The notes beneath the pieces are model-generated. The model did not search any database. It saw only the letters and a list, made by a program, of their open reading frames with translations, and was not told where the DNA came from. A stretch of DNA of 35,580 bases from an uncultured Enterobacteriaceae bacterium. Lineage in GTDB: Bacteria; Myxococcota_A; UBA796; GCA-2862545. Shown in pieces: positions 17,809-25,774 of this stretch (the first letter of the stretch is position 1; each line of letters starts with the position of its first letter). Made by a program: the position numbers and the translations under genes. The stretch covers positions 1 to 35,580 of the forward strand of contig CAYYHT010000001.1 of NCBI GenBank assembly GCA_964471355.1, given 5' to 3'.

Positions 17809-18639
17809 GTGCTGAACACACTCATCGAGGCGGACTGCCTGGATGCCCTTCCGGACGTGCCCGACGCCTGTGTTAACCTCGTGCTGGTCGACTTGCCCTA
17901 TGGCACCACCGAGAACAAGTGGGACTCGGTCATTCCGCTTGAGCCGCTGTGGAAGCAGTGGTGGCGAATTCTCAAGCCGAATGGAGCGGTCGTGCTCACC
18001 GGGCAAGGACCGTTCACCGCCCGGTTGATCCTGAGCCAAGAGAAGTTCTTCAAGTACAAGCTGGTGTACATCAAGAGCAAGCCGACCAACTTCCTCAACG
18101 CCAAGAAGCAGCCCCTGCGAAAGCACGAGGACGTGTGCGTCTTCTATCGAAAGCAGCCGACCTACAACCCTCAGATGACCCCGGGCGAGCCCTATGACAA
18201 GGGCGTGCGCAAGAACCAACTGACGGGCTCCTATGGCGACTTCAACGCCGTGCGTGTCAAGAGCGACGGCGCTCGGTACCCCACCGACGTGCAGTACTTC
18301 AAGACCGCCGAGAGCGAAGGCAAGGTCTGGCACGCGACCCAGAAACCCGTGGCACTCGGCAGGTACCTCGTGCGTACATACACCCAGCCCGGCGACACGG
18401 TGCTCGACTGCTGCTTTGGCTCGGGGAGCTTTCTGGTGGCCGCGCTATCCGAGGGGCGAAACTTCATCGGTATGGAGCAGAACTCGAAGATGCGGATGTT
18501 CAAAAACCGGCATGTGGACTACATCGACGTCGCTCGGCGGCGCCTGGCAAGCACCTGGTCCGATCTGCAGCCGCCAATGCGGGATTGCGTCGCGGTGGTC
18601 GGCGAGATCGCGGACATCGGCTACAGTGCCCCCCAATGA
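17809..18639 (+). CDS. site-specific DNA methyltransferase, N6_N4_Mtase family, beta-class motif order (276 aa), solitary
   Basis: Motif IV-like VLVDLPYG lies N-terminal. HATQKPVAL and the AdoMet motif VLDCCFGSGSF lie C-terminal. GTG start at 17809 begins 2 nt after the deaD TAG. The TGA overlaps the next ATG. No restriction endonuclease gene is adjacent. Confidence 0.85.
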   Translation: MLNTLIEADCLDALPDVPDACVNLVLVDLPYGTTENKWDSVIPLEPLWKQWWRILKPNGAVVLTGQGPFTARLILSQEKFFKYKLVYIKSKPTNFLNAKKQPLRKHEDVCVFYRKQPTYNPQMTPGEPYDKGVRKNQLTGSYGDFNAVRVKSDGARYPTDVQYFKTAESEGKVWHATQKPVALGRYLVRTYTQPGDTVLDCCFGSGSFLVAALSEGRNFIGMEQNSKMRMFKNRHVDYIDVARRRLASTWSDLQPPMRDCVAVVGEIADIGYSAPQ

Positions 18640-20132
18640 GCGAGTTTGAAGGCCCGTGCTGGATGGCGCAGGGCCGCTACATTCTGGTCTGGCATCTGGG
18701 TTCTGGCAGCCTCGGCGACGTGTACCGAGCGTGGGATACCCACGCCAACGAGTGGCGGGCCATCAAGGTCCTGTCGGCTTGGTACAGCAAAAAGAGGGTG
18801 GCTCGGGGCCGCTTTCTGGCCATGGCCGAGAACTGGCGTGCCCTCAATCATCCCCATGCGGTCCAAGTGCTCGACGTCGGCGAGCAGTACGAACGCCCGT
18901 ACTTGGTGTGCGAATACCTCAACAGCGGAACCCCGGCTGATTGGGTGAAGATTTCAGGGCCGATGGCCGAGCAGATGGCACTCGACGTGACCATTCAGGT
19001 CTGCCGCGCTGTCCGGGCTGCCCACGAGCAGGGGCTGCTGCACCTGGACATCAAGCCCGAGAACATCCACATCGCGTCCGATGGCTTGTGCAAGGTGACT
19101 GACTTCGGTCTAGGGCGCGTGCGCGAGACCGGCGTGGACCTGGCCAAAGACTCCGAGATGGGCGTGATGGACTTCATGGCCCCCGAACGGCGCATCAACA
19201 TGGACGCCGCCGACGAGCGGGCGGACGTCTACAGCATCGCGGCCATCCTGTACAACCTGCTCACGGACCGGCGCTGGCGCTTCCGCGACACCGAGACCGT
19301 GCAGCCGGTCGCCGGAATGATTCGCGAGGAGTTCGCCGACGTTTTGAATGGGGCGCTCGTGAAGTTCCACGTTCGAACCTCCACGGTGGCCGAGCTCGAG
19401 GCCCAGCTGACGCGGCTGTACGAGATCTCCTACATGCCCGACGAGGGCTCGGCTCCTCTGGCGCGTCCGCCGCTGCCGGCGCCTCCGGTTCCGGACATCC
19501 GCACCCTGCCTGAATTCCTGGCTCCCGATGACTTCGAAGAAGAGGATCTCAGCGTCGTCGCCCCCGAGATCCACACCAAGCGACGCATCACCCGCCGCAA
19601 GAGCAGAATCGCCAAAAAACCGAGCTTTCTAAAGGTCTATGGTCGATACATTTTGGCCGTTTTTCTGGTCACCATCTTGGTCTTGGTGGTCGCTGTGCCC
19701 GCAAAGCAAGGTGGAACCTCAGTCAGCGTCGTGGCCGAGGCGTCGGTCTCATCATGGGAGGCCTATGACAAGTACTTCGAGCAGCAGGCAATGCGCCTCG
19801 TGGGCGAGTTGATCGCACTCGGGGGCAACAAGGACCTGCTCAAGCTTCAGGGGGCAAAGTACTTTGCGGCTCGGGGCGTGGAACACCGCTACGTCGCCGG
19901 AAATGAGCTGCTGAAGCTGTGCGAAAAGGAAGTCACCTCGGTGTCGCGCAACGTGCCCAAGAACGCGCGCTTCAATCCCGATGACATCCGGCAGAGCATC
20001 GCCAACATCCGCACCAAGCGGGCTGTCTATGAAAAGACGGTCCGCGAGTGGGAAGCCGAAGCGGCCACGTTTAATGGCCGGGTCGCGACGGCGGTGGGCG
20101 CGGCGCCATGGCCTCCCGTGATCTCCCGATAG
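18636..20132 (+). CDS. membrane-anchored Ser/Thr protein kinase, non-RD type (498 aa)
   Basis: Kinase motifs: LGSGSLGDVYRA, RAIKVL, catalytic loop HLDIKPENIHI (Leu in place of the RD Arg), DFGLG, FMAPE. A TM helix (YILAVFLVTILVLVVAV) is followed by a roughly 135-aa helical ectodomain. ATG 18636 overlaps the methyltransferase stop (ATGA). Confidence 0.85.
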   Translation: MSEFEGPCWMAQGRYILVWHLGSGSLGDVYRAWDTHANEWRAIKVLSAWYSKKRVARGRFLAMAENWRALNHPHAVQVLDVGEQYERPYLVCEYLNSGTPADWVKISGPMAEQMALDVTIQVCRAVRAAHEQGLLHLDIKPENIHIASDGLCKVTDFGLGRVRETGVDLAKDSEMGVMDFMAPERRINMDAADERADVYSIAAILYNLLTDRRWRFRDTETVQPVAGMIREEFADVLNGALVKFHVRTSTVAELEAQLTRLYEISYMPDEGSAPLARPPLPAPPVPDIRTLPEFLAPDDFEEEDLSVVAPEIHTKRRITRRKSRIAKKPSFLKVYGRYILAVFLVTILVLVVAVPAKQGGTSVSVVAEASVSSWEAYDKYFEQQAMRLVGELIALGGNKDLLKLQGAKYFAARGVEHRYVAGNELLKLCEKEVTSVSRNVPKNARFNPDDIRQSIANIRTKRAVYEKTVREWEAEAATFNGRVATAVGAAPWPPVISR

Positions 20133-20142
20133 ATCGGGTCGC

Positions 20143-21360
20143 ATGGACAGCAACGACATTGTGATCGTCGGAGCTGGTGCGGCGGGCTTGTGGGCGGCGG
20201 CGGTCTGTGCTCGGTCCGGCCGCGACACCTTGGTCCTCGAAAAAACAGGGCGTACCGGCACAAAAGTCCTGGCCAGTGGAGGAAGCCGCTGCAACCTCAC
20301 CACGACATTGGGGGCACGTGCGGCGTCGCAGCTGTTCGGCAAGGAGGGGGCCCGCTTCGTCAGCCCGGCGTTTGCCGCCCTTCCTCCCCAGGCGGTTCGA
20401 GAGCGCTTTTCGGCGTTGGGCGTTCCCACCAGCATCGAAGCGCAGTTCGAGAAGGTGTTTCCGACCAGCAACAAGGCGCGCGATGTGCGCGATGCGCTGC
20501 AGGCCGATGCACTGAAGTCCGGGGCCGTGATTGAAACCAACCAAGCAGTGCTCAACGTCTCAACAGACGCCAATGGCTGGCAGGTGCAGACCGCTTCGGC
20601 GACCCTGAGCTGCCGGGCTGTGTTGTTGTGCTGCGGAGGGCAGAGCTTCCCAAAGACGGGCACCACGGGCGATGCCTATGCTTGGCTCAGGGCGCTCGGG
20701 CTCGAGGTGGTGCCGCCGGTTCCAGCGCTGGTTCCGCTCACCAGCACGGCGAAGTGGGCCAAGGCGCTGAGCGGGCTGTCGGTCGATGCCGAGGTGCGCA
20801 TCGGCAAGTACCGTCGCCGTCGGCCTGTGCTGTTCACCCACCTGGGCTTGTCCGGTCCGGGGCCCATGGACGCGTCGGTTCACGTCTCGCGAGCGACGCG
20901 CAGCGTGGACCTGTTGGTCGACTTGCTGCCGGACCACAGCTGGGAGGCACTGCGACAGATGCTGGTCGAGGCGGCCTCTCGCAAGGGCGCTCCACGGCTT
21001 GTTCGCCTGATTCCGTTGCAGCGCCGTCTGGTCGAGACGGTGGCCATGGTGGCCGGCCTGAGCGAGCCCAACCCCCGGGCCGCAGACATCTCCAAGGCGC
21101 AGCGCAACCAGCTGGTCAACACCCTCAAGGGCCTGCCGGTGCCGATCGACGGCACAACGGGCTTCGATCATGCCGAGGTCACGGCTGGCGGCCTGGCCCT
21201 GCACGAGGTCGACCGCAAGACCATGGAGGTCAAGGCGCACCCGGGACTGTACGTGTTCGGCGAGCTTCTGGACCTGACCGGACCGATCGGAGGCCTCAAC
21301 TTTCAGGCGGCATTCGCGACGGCGGAGCTTGCTGGATTGGCGGCTGGAAAGCCGCGTTGA
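20143..21360 (+). CDS. HI0933/YhiN (BaiN-like) family NAD(P)/FAD-dependent oxidoreductase (405 aa)
   Basis: Family pattern DIVIVGAGAAGLWAA...VLEKTGRTGTKVLASGGSRCNLTT and C-terminal GLYVFGELLDLTGPIGGLNFQAAF. Confidence 0.88.
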   Translation: MDSNDIVIVGAGAAGLWAAAVCARSGRDTLVLEKTGRTGTKVLASGGSRCNLTTTLGARAASQLFGKEGARFVSPAFAALPPQAVRERFSALGVPTSIEAQFEKVFPTSNKARDVRDALQADALKSGAVIETNQAVLNVSTDANGWQVQTASATLSCRAVLLCCGGQSFPKTGTTGDAYAWLRALGLEVVPPVPALVPLTSTAKWAKALSGLSVDAEVRIGKYRRRRPVLFTHLGLSGPGPMDASVHVSRATRSVDLLVDLLPDHSWEALRQMLVEAASRKGAPRLVRLIPLQRRLVETVAMVAGLSEPNPRAADISKAQRNQLVNTLKGLPVPIDGTTGFDHAEVTAGGLALHEVDRKTMEVKAHPGLYVFGELLDLTGPIGGLNFQAAFATAELAGLAAGKPR

Positions 21361-21466
21361 GGCTGCGGCTTAGGTTCGGCTCGTGACCATCCACGCCCCA
21401 ACTGAACGTGAACAGCGCAGAGTCTTGGCCAATCGAGAAAGCTCCAAGGCGATGACCAACTCTGGA

Positions 21467-21709
21467 CTACTCCGGCGAGAACACTCCTGGATTTCGCCTT
21501 GCATGCCACACGCGCATCACGAACACGGCCTCATCGCGGACCTCGTAAATGATCCTGTACTTCCCTTGGACGATGTGGCGGAATCGCCCCGATGGCAGCA
21601 GGTCACACGTCATCGTGAGCCACCGTACGACCCGCCTCGGCGCGTGTCCCGTTCTCCTTTCCGAGCCCCTCTCGACTCCACGCTGCAGCGCAGCGCCGCA
21701 GGTCCTCAT
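21467..21709 (-). CDS. RelE/ParE-family toxin-like ORF (80 aa), probably decayed or truncated
   Basis: The C-terminal core LLPSGRFRHIVQGKYRIIYEVRDEAVFVMRVWHARRNP is the classic ParE/RelE pattern. The N-terminal 30 aa are atypical. The expected N-terminal A-x-x-D-L...W...GLG segment is readable only in another frame (see findings). Confidence 0.5.
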   Translation of the reverse strand: MRTCGAALQRGVERGSERRTGHAPRRVVRWLTMTCDLLPSGRFRHIVQGKYRIIYEVRDEAVFVMRVWHARRNPGVFSPE

Positions 21710-22070
21710 CCTCGTCGACGCGCTCGTCCTCGATGCCTACCGCCTTGTTGCGTTCACAACAGCGACTTGTCCCCCCGCGATTTCAGTACCCATCCCACCG
21801 AAACCTGCGTCAGCAACACCAACCCGGCGCCGTTGTACATGCCCCCGGGAACGGACTCTGTCAGGCGGTAGGCCGCCCCTACTCTAGCGTCCATGAACAG
21901 CTGCGCATGGGGCTTGGCTGGCAGTCCATCCCCTGACTCGCGCTTTGCCTGCGGACGCGGCGGGAAGGGCTGTAGATCAGCCATCAAATTGCTTCCGCAC
22001 GACAGTACACCGTTCCTTGACAATCGCATGCAGAAAATCTCGATTCACTACTGCATTCACGAACCGTAGC

Positions 22071-22084
22071 CTTGATGCATCAAG
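22071..22084. promoter_or_regulatory. perfect 14-bp palindrome CTTGATGCATCAAG just upstream of the SD of the lipoprotein gene (candidate operator)
   Basis: The palindrome is read directly. AGGAAGG lies at 22086-22092 and the ATG at 22098. A TTGACA hexamer lies at 22017-22022 in an unusually AT-rich stretch. Confidence 0.3.
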
Positions 22085-22097
22085 CAGGAAGGTCCTT

Positions 22098-22742
22098 ATG
22101 AAGTCGTCATTTGCAGCAAAGAACGCCATCGCTCTGGTCACCATCGGCACCTTGGTCGCCCTGGCCCCTGGCTGTACGCCGAACCCGTACAGCCTCGACG
22201 ATGTCGACACGCCCACAGGCGACAGCACCCCGATCGATGTGTCCGCGGCGGATGCGTTCGGTCCCTCGGACATCATGGACATTCCGCAGGGCTCTGCAGA
22301 GCCCGATGTCGAGCCTGACTTGATCGACCAGAACCTTGCCCGCCTGGCTGCGCTGGAGGTGTTCGAGGTCGGCTACTTGCTGGTTGACGCCCCCGAGGGT
22401 GCGTTCAATTGCTACGGGCCATGTCCCGAGTTTGCCGATGAGATCGCAGCGGCCGAAGCCGAGGCGGCAGAGCGCCTGGCAGACCTCGTCGAGGTGGCTG
22501 AAGCAGCGGCTACGAGTCCGCCAGCGGCCTATGCCTGCGACGAGTCGCTCGTCAGCGCCAACCTCGATGCCCTGCGCTCGCTGCAGATCATCACCGTGGG
22601 CAACTTGGTCCAGGCGGTGCCCGAGAACGCTGCGGCTTGCTACGGCCTGCCCTGCCCTGATGATGTGCTCGCGGCCGAGCAGCTGACCTGCGAGCGGGCG
22701 GGAGTGTTGTCGAACATCGCGGCAGACGCCGAGCAGCTGTAG
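22098..22742 (+). CDS. lipoprotein with an internally duplicated CYG-x-PCP domain (214 aa)
   Basis: Lipobox LVALAPGC|T, with SD AGGAAGG. Two roughly 60-aa repeats share NL..L..L....VG.L....PE.A..CYG(x)PCP....AE....ER. Confidence 0.7.
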   Translation: MKSSFAAKNAIALVTIGTLVALAPGCTPNPYSLDDVDTPTGDSTPIDVSAADAFGPSDIMDIPQGSAEPDVEPDLIDQNLARLAALEVFEVGYLLVDAPEGAFNCYGPCPEFADEIAAAEAEAAERLADLVEVAEAAATSPPAAYACDESLVSANLDALRSLQIITVGNLVQAVPENAAACYGLPCPDDVLAAEQLTCERAGVLSNIAADAEQL

Positions 22743-22746
22743 CTCG

Positions 22747-23139
22747 CTAGGGACAGGGGTCTGCCCCGACCTCGACCAGGTCGATGGACGCCTGCTGTCC
22801 TCGAATTCCTTCGATGCGGAACTCGACGCAGTGCGGTTTGCCGTCTCCGTTACAGTTGCCGCAGCTGTGCCCGAGCTCCGAGAAGCGAAAGTCCGGCTGC
22901 AGGCGCTTTGCGGCACGCAGGGACTCCGTCGCTCCGGCTTCGTCGCCGTCGGTGAAGCGTCGGATGGCGGTGAGGCGGTGCACCCTGGCGGCGAAGGCGG
23001 GGGTGACCTCGTCCGACAGACAGGTCAGCATCAGCTGCATTTCGTCGAGGGCGGCGAAGAACTGCTCCACTTCGAGGTCGGCGTAGGATTGCTCGGCTTT
23101 GTCGAGCTCGGCGAGCACGTCTGCAGACGTTGGCGTCAT
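22747..23139 (-). CDS. hypothetical protein (130 aa), paralogous to the N-domain of the 29756-30721 product
   Basis: ATG at 23139 and strong G/C3 bias. The shared motif is L.CLS[DE]..T...AA..HRL.AI...(18-20 aa)...S.RAA. No signal peptide. The C-terminus is Cys-rich (CGNCNGDGKPHC...C). Confidence 0.55.
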   Translation of the reverse strand: MTPTSADVLAELDKAEQSYADLEVEQFFAALDEMQLMLTCLSDEVTPAFAARVHRLTAIRRFTDGDEAGATESLRAAKRLQPDFRFSELGHSCGNCNGDGKPHCVEFRIEGIRGQQASIDLVEVGADPCP

Positions 23140-23201
23140 GGGGCATGCGGCCTATGCCAGACCGGCGAGCATCGCGAAAAGGAGCATTGGCGCAGCGTAG
23201 C

Positions 23202-24866
23202 CTAGGGCTCGTCGGCAGCCCAGCGATCGATGTGTGCCCACGCGCTCAGCGGACCGACATCGGCGTCATCGATGCGCTTGTTGACCGCCACCACATCGTC
23301 GCGCCACCACAGAAAGACCCAAGGTTGCTCGGCGTGAATGCGGGCCTGTGCTTGCTTCCACAGGACACTCGCCTTGGTGGGGTCGGTCTCGCGCAGTGCC
23401 GCCTCCATCAGACGGTCGGTCTCGGCATCGCTATAGCTGGCGTAGTTCCAAAGGTATTGGTCCCCGCTGTGCCAGATGGGGGTCAGCTGGGGCCAGAGCA
23501 TGGCGGACCGCCCACTGATGGCCGCGTCGAACTGCTTGGCCCGCAGTCCAGCCCAGAAGGTGTGGGCCTCGGTGCGCTGCAGCTCCACTTTTACGCCGAC
23601 TTCGGCGAGCATCGCCTGCATGCGTACACCGGCCATGGCCCGGCGCGGATTTCCAGCGTTGGTGCCGAGGGTGATGTGCATGGGGACGCCATTCTTGTCG
23701 CGAATGCCGTCCCCGTCGGCGTCGATCCATCCTGCCGCTGCCAGCTCGGTCCGGGCTCGGTCCGGGTCATAGGGCCACGGGACGATGTCCTGGGCATGCG
23801 AACCGCACAGCTCTGGGCTGATGGTGCTGACAGCGCGGCGGCCGTAGAGGTCGCCTGTGGTCGTTCCGAGCAGGTCCTTCATCAGCGAGTCGATGTCGAG
23901 AGCGGTGGACAGCGCCTGACGGACCGCGAGGTCGCCCAGGACCGGGTGCGGGGCCACCGTGTCCCAGTCCAACACCTGACCGGGCTGCAGCGCCGCCTTC
24001 TTGGCCTTGTAGTCGGCGGGATCGAGGCGATTCCAGACCAGGTATTCCAGGCTGCGCCATCCGCGCCGATGCAGGGTGTGAGCTCCAGCCTGTTTTAGCC
24101 TGGGCACGTCGTTGACGTCGATTTGATCCAGCACGTCGACGCTTCCGTTCTCGAGCTCGATCAACCGGGTTGTGTACTCCGGAATCGGTCGAAACACGAC
24201 GCGCTCGATGGGGCGTGCGCCGGCCTGCTTGCTGACGTCGCGCTGGATCACGAGCGCCTGTCCCTGGCGCCAGGTGTCCAGACGCCACGGGCCGGTCACG
24301 AGCGGGTCGCGTCCCAGAGCATGGCCGCGAAGTGTGGACCTGTCCGCATCGCCGAAGGCATGGGCAGGAACCGGTGCGATCCACGTCGCATGAGCCAGCA
24401 TGGCGGTCTGATCGTAGGCTTCGGTGAATGCGAAGCGCACCGTATGGGCGTCGATGGCCGTCGGTGGCCCGTCCATGCGGGCCACATAGTCCAGGCGCGG
24501 GCTGGCCACGATCGGGTCGGCGATCAACGAGTGGGTCATGACCACGTCGGCCGCGGTGAATGGCGTTCCATCGGACCAAGTGACGTCTGAGCGCAGGTGC
24601 AGAGTCAGCTGCTGGCCGTCCTCTGAGAACTCCCAAGACGACGCCAGCCCGGGCGAGAAGGTGACGCCGCAGTCAAAGGAGCGCTCAAGCAATGGCCTCT
24701 GCAGGTTGTCGATGAGATCCATGTCCAGCGCGCTGTTGGCGACCACCGGAACCAGGGTGCCAAAGTCCATCATGGCAGCGACGACGATGGTCTGTCCCGG
24801 TGCCTTGCTGGTGGGTTCTGGCGAGCCAGAGCAGGCCGCCAGCAGTGCCAGAATCAGTAGTGCCAC
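23202..24866 (-). CDS. family-5 (OppA/DppA-like) ABC solute-binding lipoprotein (554 aa), orphan
   Basis: Lipobox LLAAC|S. Family pattern PGLASSWEFSEDGQQLTLHLRSDVTWSDGTPFTAADVV. The GTG start at 24866 overlaps the 3' end of menB by 13 nt. No permease or ATPase genes are present. Confidence 0.85.
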   Translation of the reverse strand: MALLILALLAACSGSPEPTSKAPGQTIVVAAMMDFGTLVPVVANSALDMDLIDNLQRPLLERSFDCGVTFSPGLASSWEFSEDGQQLTLHLRSDVTWSDGTPFTAADVVMTHSLIADPIVASPRLDYVARMDGPPTAIDAHTVRFAFTEAYDQTAMLAHATWIAPVPAHAFGDADRSTLRGHALGRDPLVTGPWRLDTWRQGQALVIQRDVSKQAGARPIERVVFRPIPEYTTRLIELENGSVDVLDQIDVNDVPRLKQAGAHTLHRRGWRSLEYLVWNRLDPADYKAKKAALQPGQVLDWDTVAPHPVLGDLAVRQALSTALDIDSLMKDLLGTTTGDLYGRRAVSTISPELCGSHAQDIVPWPYDPDRARTELAAAGWIDADGDGIRDKNGVPMHITLGTNAGNPRRAMAGVRMQAMLAEVGVKVELQRTEAHTFWAGLRAKQFDAAISGRSAMLWPQLTPIWHSGDQYLWNYASYSDAETDRLMEAALRETDPTKASVLWKQAQARIHAEQPWVFLWWRDDVVAVNKRIDDADVGPLSAWAHIDRWAADEP

Positions 24867-25744
24867 GGGAACTTGGACCAGTCTTTGGGGCGCTTCTCGA
24901 GGAATGAGTCGCGACCCTCGGTGGCCTCGTCAGTGCCATAGGCGAGCCGAGTGGCTTCTCCGGCAAAGATCTGCTGCCCGACCAAGCCGTCATCGACCAG
25001 GTTGAAGGCGAACTTCAGCATGCGCTGGGCGGTTGGACTCTTGCCGTTGATCTCAGCTGCCCACTGCAGGGCGGTGTTCTCGAGCTCAGCGTGGGGCACG
25101 ACCGCATTGGCCATTCCCATGTCATAGGCGTCTTGGGCGCTGTAGTCCCGACCCAAGAAGAAGATCTCACGGGCGCGCTTCTGGCCCACCATTCGCGCCA
25201 GATAGGCCGAGCCATAGCCGGCGTCGAAGCTGGCTACATCGGCATCGGTCTGCTTGAAGATGGCGTGCTCTTTGCTGGCCAGGGTCAGGTCGCAGACCAC
25301 GTGCAGGCTGTGTCCGCCGCCCACGGCCCAGCCCGGCACCACACAGATGACAACCTTGGGCATGAAGCGGATCAGGCGCTGGCACTCGAGAATGTGCAGG
25401 CGGCCCAGCTTGGCCTTGTCGACGCCCTCGGCGCCCTCGTATTTGTAGCCGTCCTTTCCGCGGATGCGCTGGTCTCCGCCGCTGCAGAAGGCCCATCCAC
25501 CGTCCTTTGGTGAGGGGCCGTTGCCGGTCAGCAGCACGCAACCGACGTCGCTCCACTGCCGAGCGTGGTCGAGTGCTGTGTACAGCTCGTCCACCGTCGC
25601 GGGTCGAAAGGCGTTGCGCACCTCTGGCCGATTGAAGGCGATGCGCACCGTGCCCTGCTTGAGGGCGCGGTGGTAGGTGATGTCCTTGAAGTCGAAGCCC
25701 TCGACAGGGCGCCAGTGGGTCGGGTCGAAGATCTCAGAGACCAT
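24854..25744 (-). CDS. menB: 1,4-dihydroxy-2-naphthoyl-CoA synthase (296 aa)
   Basis: Crotonase fold with MenB-specific stretches: FKDITYHRA..GTVRIAFNRPEVRNAFRP, LLTGNGPSPKDGGWAFCSGGDQRIRG, YKYEG, VCDLTLAS. ATG 25744 is preferred over the upstream GTG 25765. Confidence 0.93.
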   Translation of the reverse strand: MVSEIFDPTHWRPVEGFDFKDITYHRALKQGTVRIAFNRPEVRNAFRPATVDELYTALDHARQWSDVGCVLLTGNGPSPKDGGWAFCSGGDQRIRGKDGYKYEGAEGVDKAKLGRLHILECQRLIRFMPKVVICVVPGWAVGGGHSLHVVCDLTLASKEHAIFKQTDADVASFDAGYGSAYLARMVGQKRAREIFFLGRDYSAQDAYDMGMANAVVPHAELENTALQWAAEINGKSPTAQRMLKFAFNLVDDGLVGQQIFAGEATRLAYGTDEATEGRDSFLEKRPKDWSKFPWHY

Positions 25745-25774
25745 GTGAGCTCCAGGGTGGGACACGCTCTAATC

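Noticed and set aside
15953-17821. 622-aa ORF on the minus strand spanning the whole deaD region
   Set aside because: It is an antisense shadow ORF typical of high-GC DNA. The translation is Ala/Arg/Gly/Leu-rich with no motifs, while the plus strand carries every DEAD-box helicase motif.
16025-21360. Calling the helicase/methyltransferase/kinase cluster a BREX type 2 or Pgl defence system
   Set aside because: There is no PglZ-like phosphatase, no PglY/BrxC ATPase and no large PglX-type methyltransferase. The helicase is a housekeeping DeaD type with a DbpA RNA-binding domain. The resemblance is kept only as a caveat in the finding.
21349-21371. Hairpin AAGCCGC-N9-GCGGCTT spanning the stop codon of the YhiN-like gene, considered as an intrinsic terminator
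   Set aside because: The stem is only 7 bp and it is followed by AGGTTCGG, with no U-tract. It cannot be supported as a Rho-independent terminator. The same applies to the GACCGAA/TTCGGTC hairpin at 2062-2091.
21754-22029. 91-aa minus-strand ORF upstream of the ParE-like ORF as its antitoxin
   Set aside because: It uses rare codons (cta, aga, gta, gga), shows no RHH/Phd/ParD-like pattern, and ends 45 nt before the toxin ORF rather than overlapping it.
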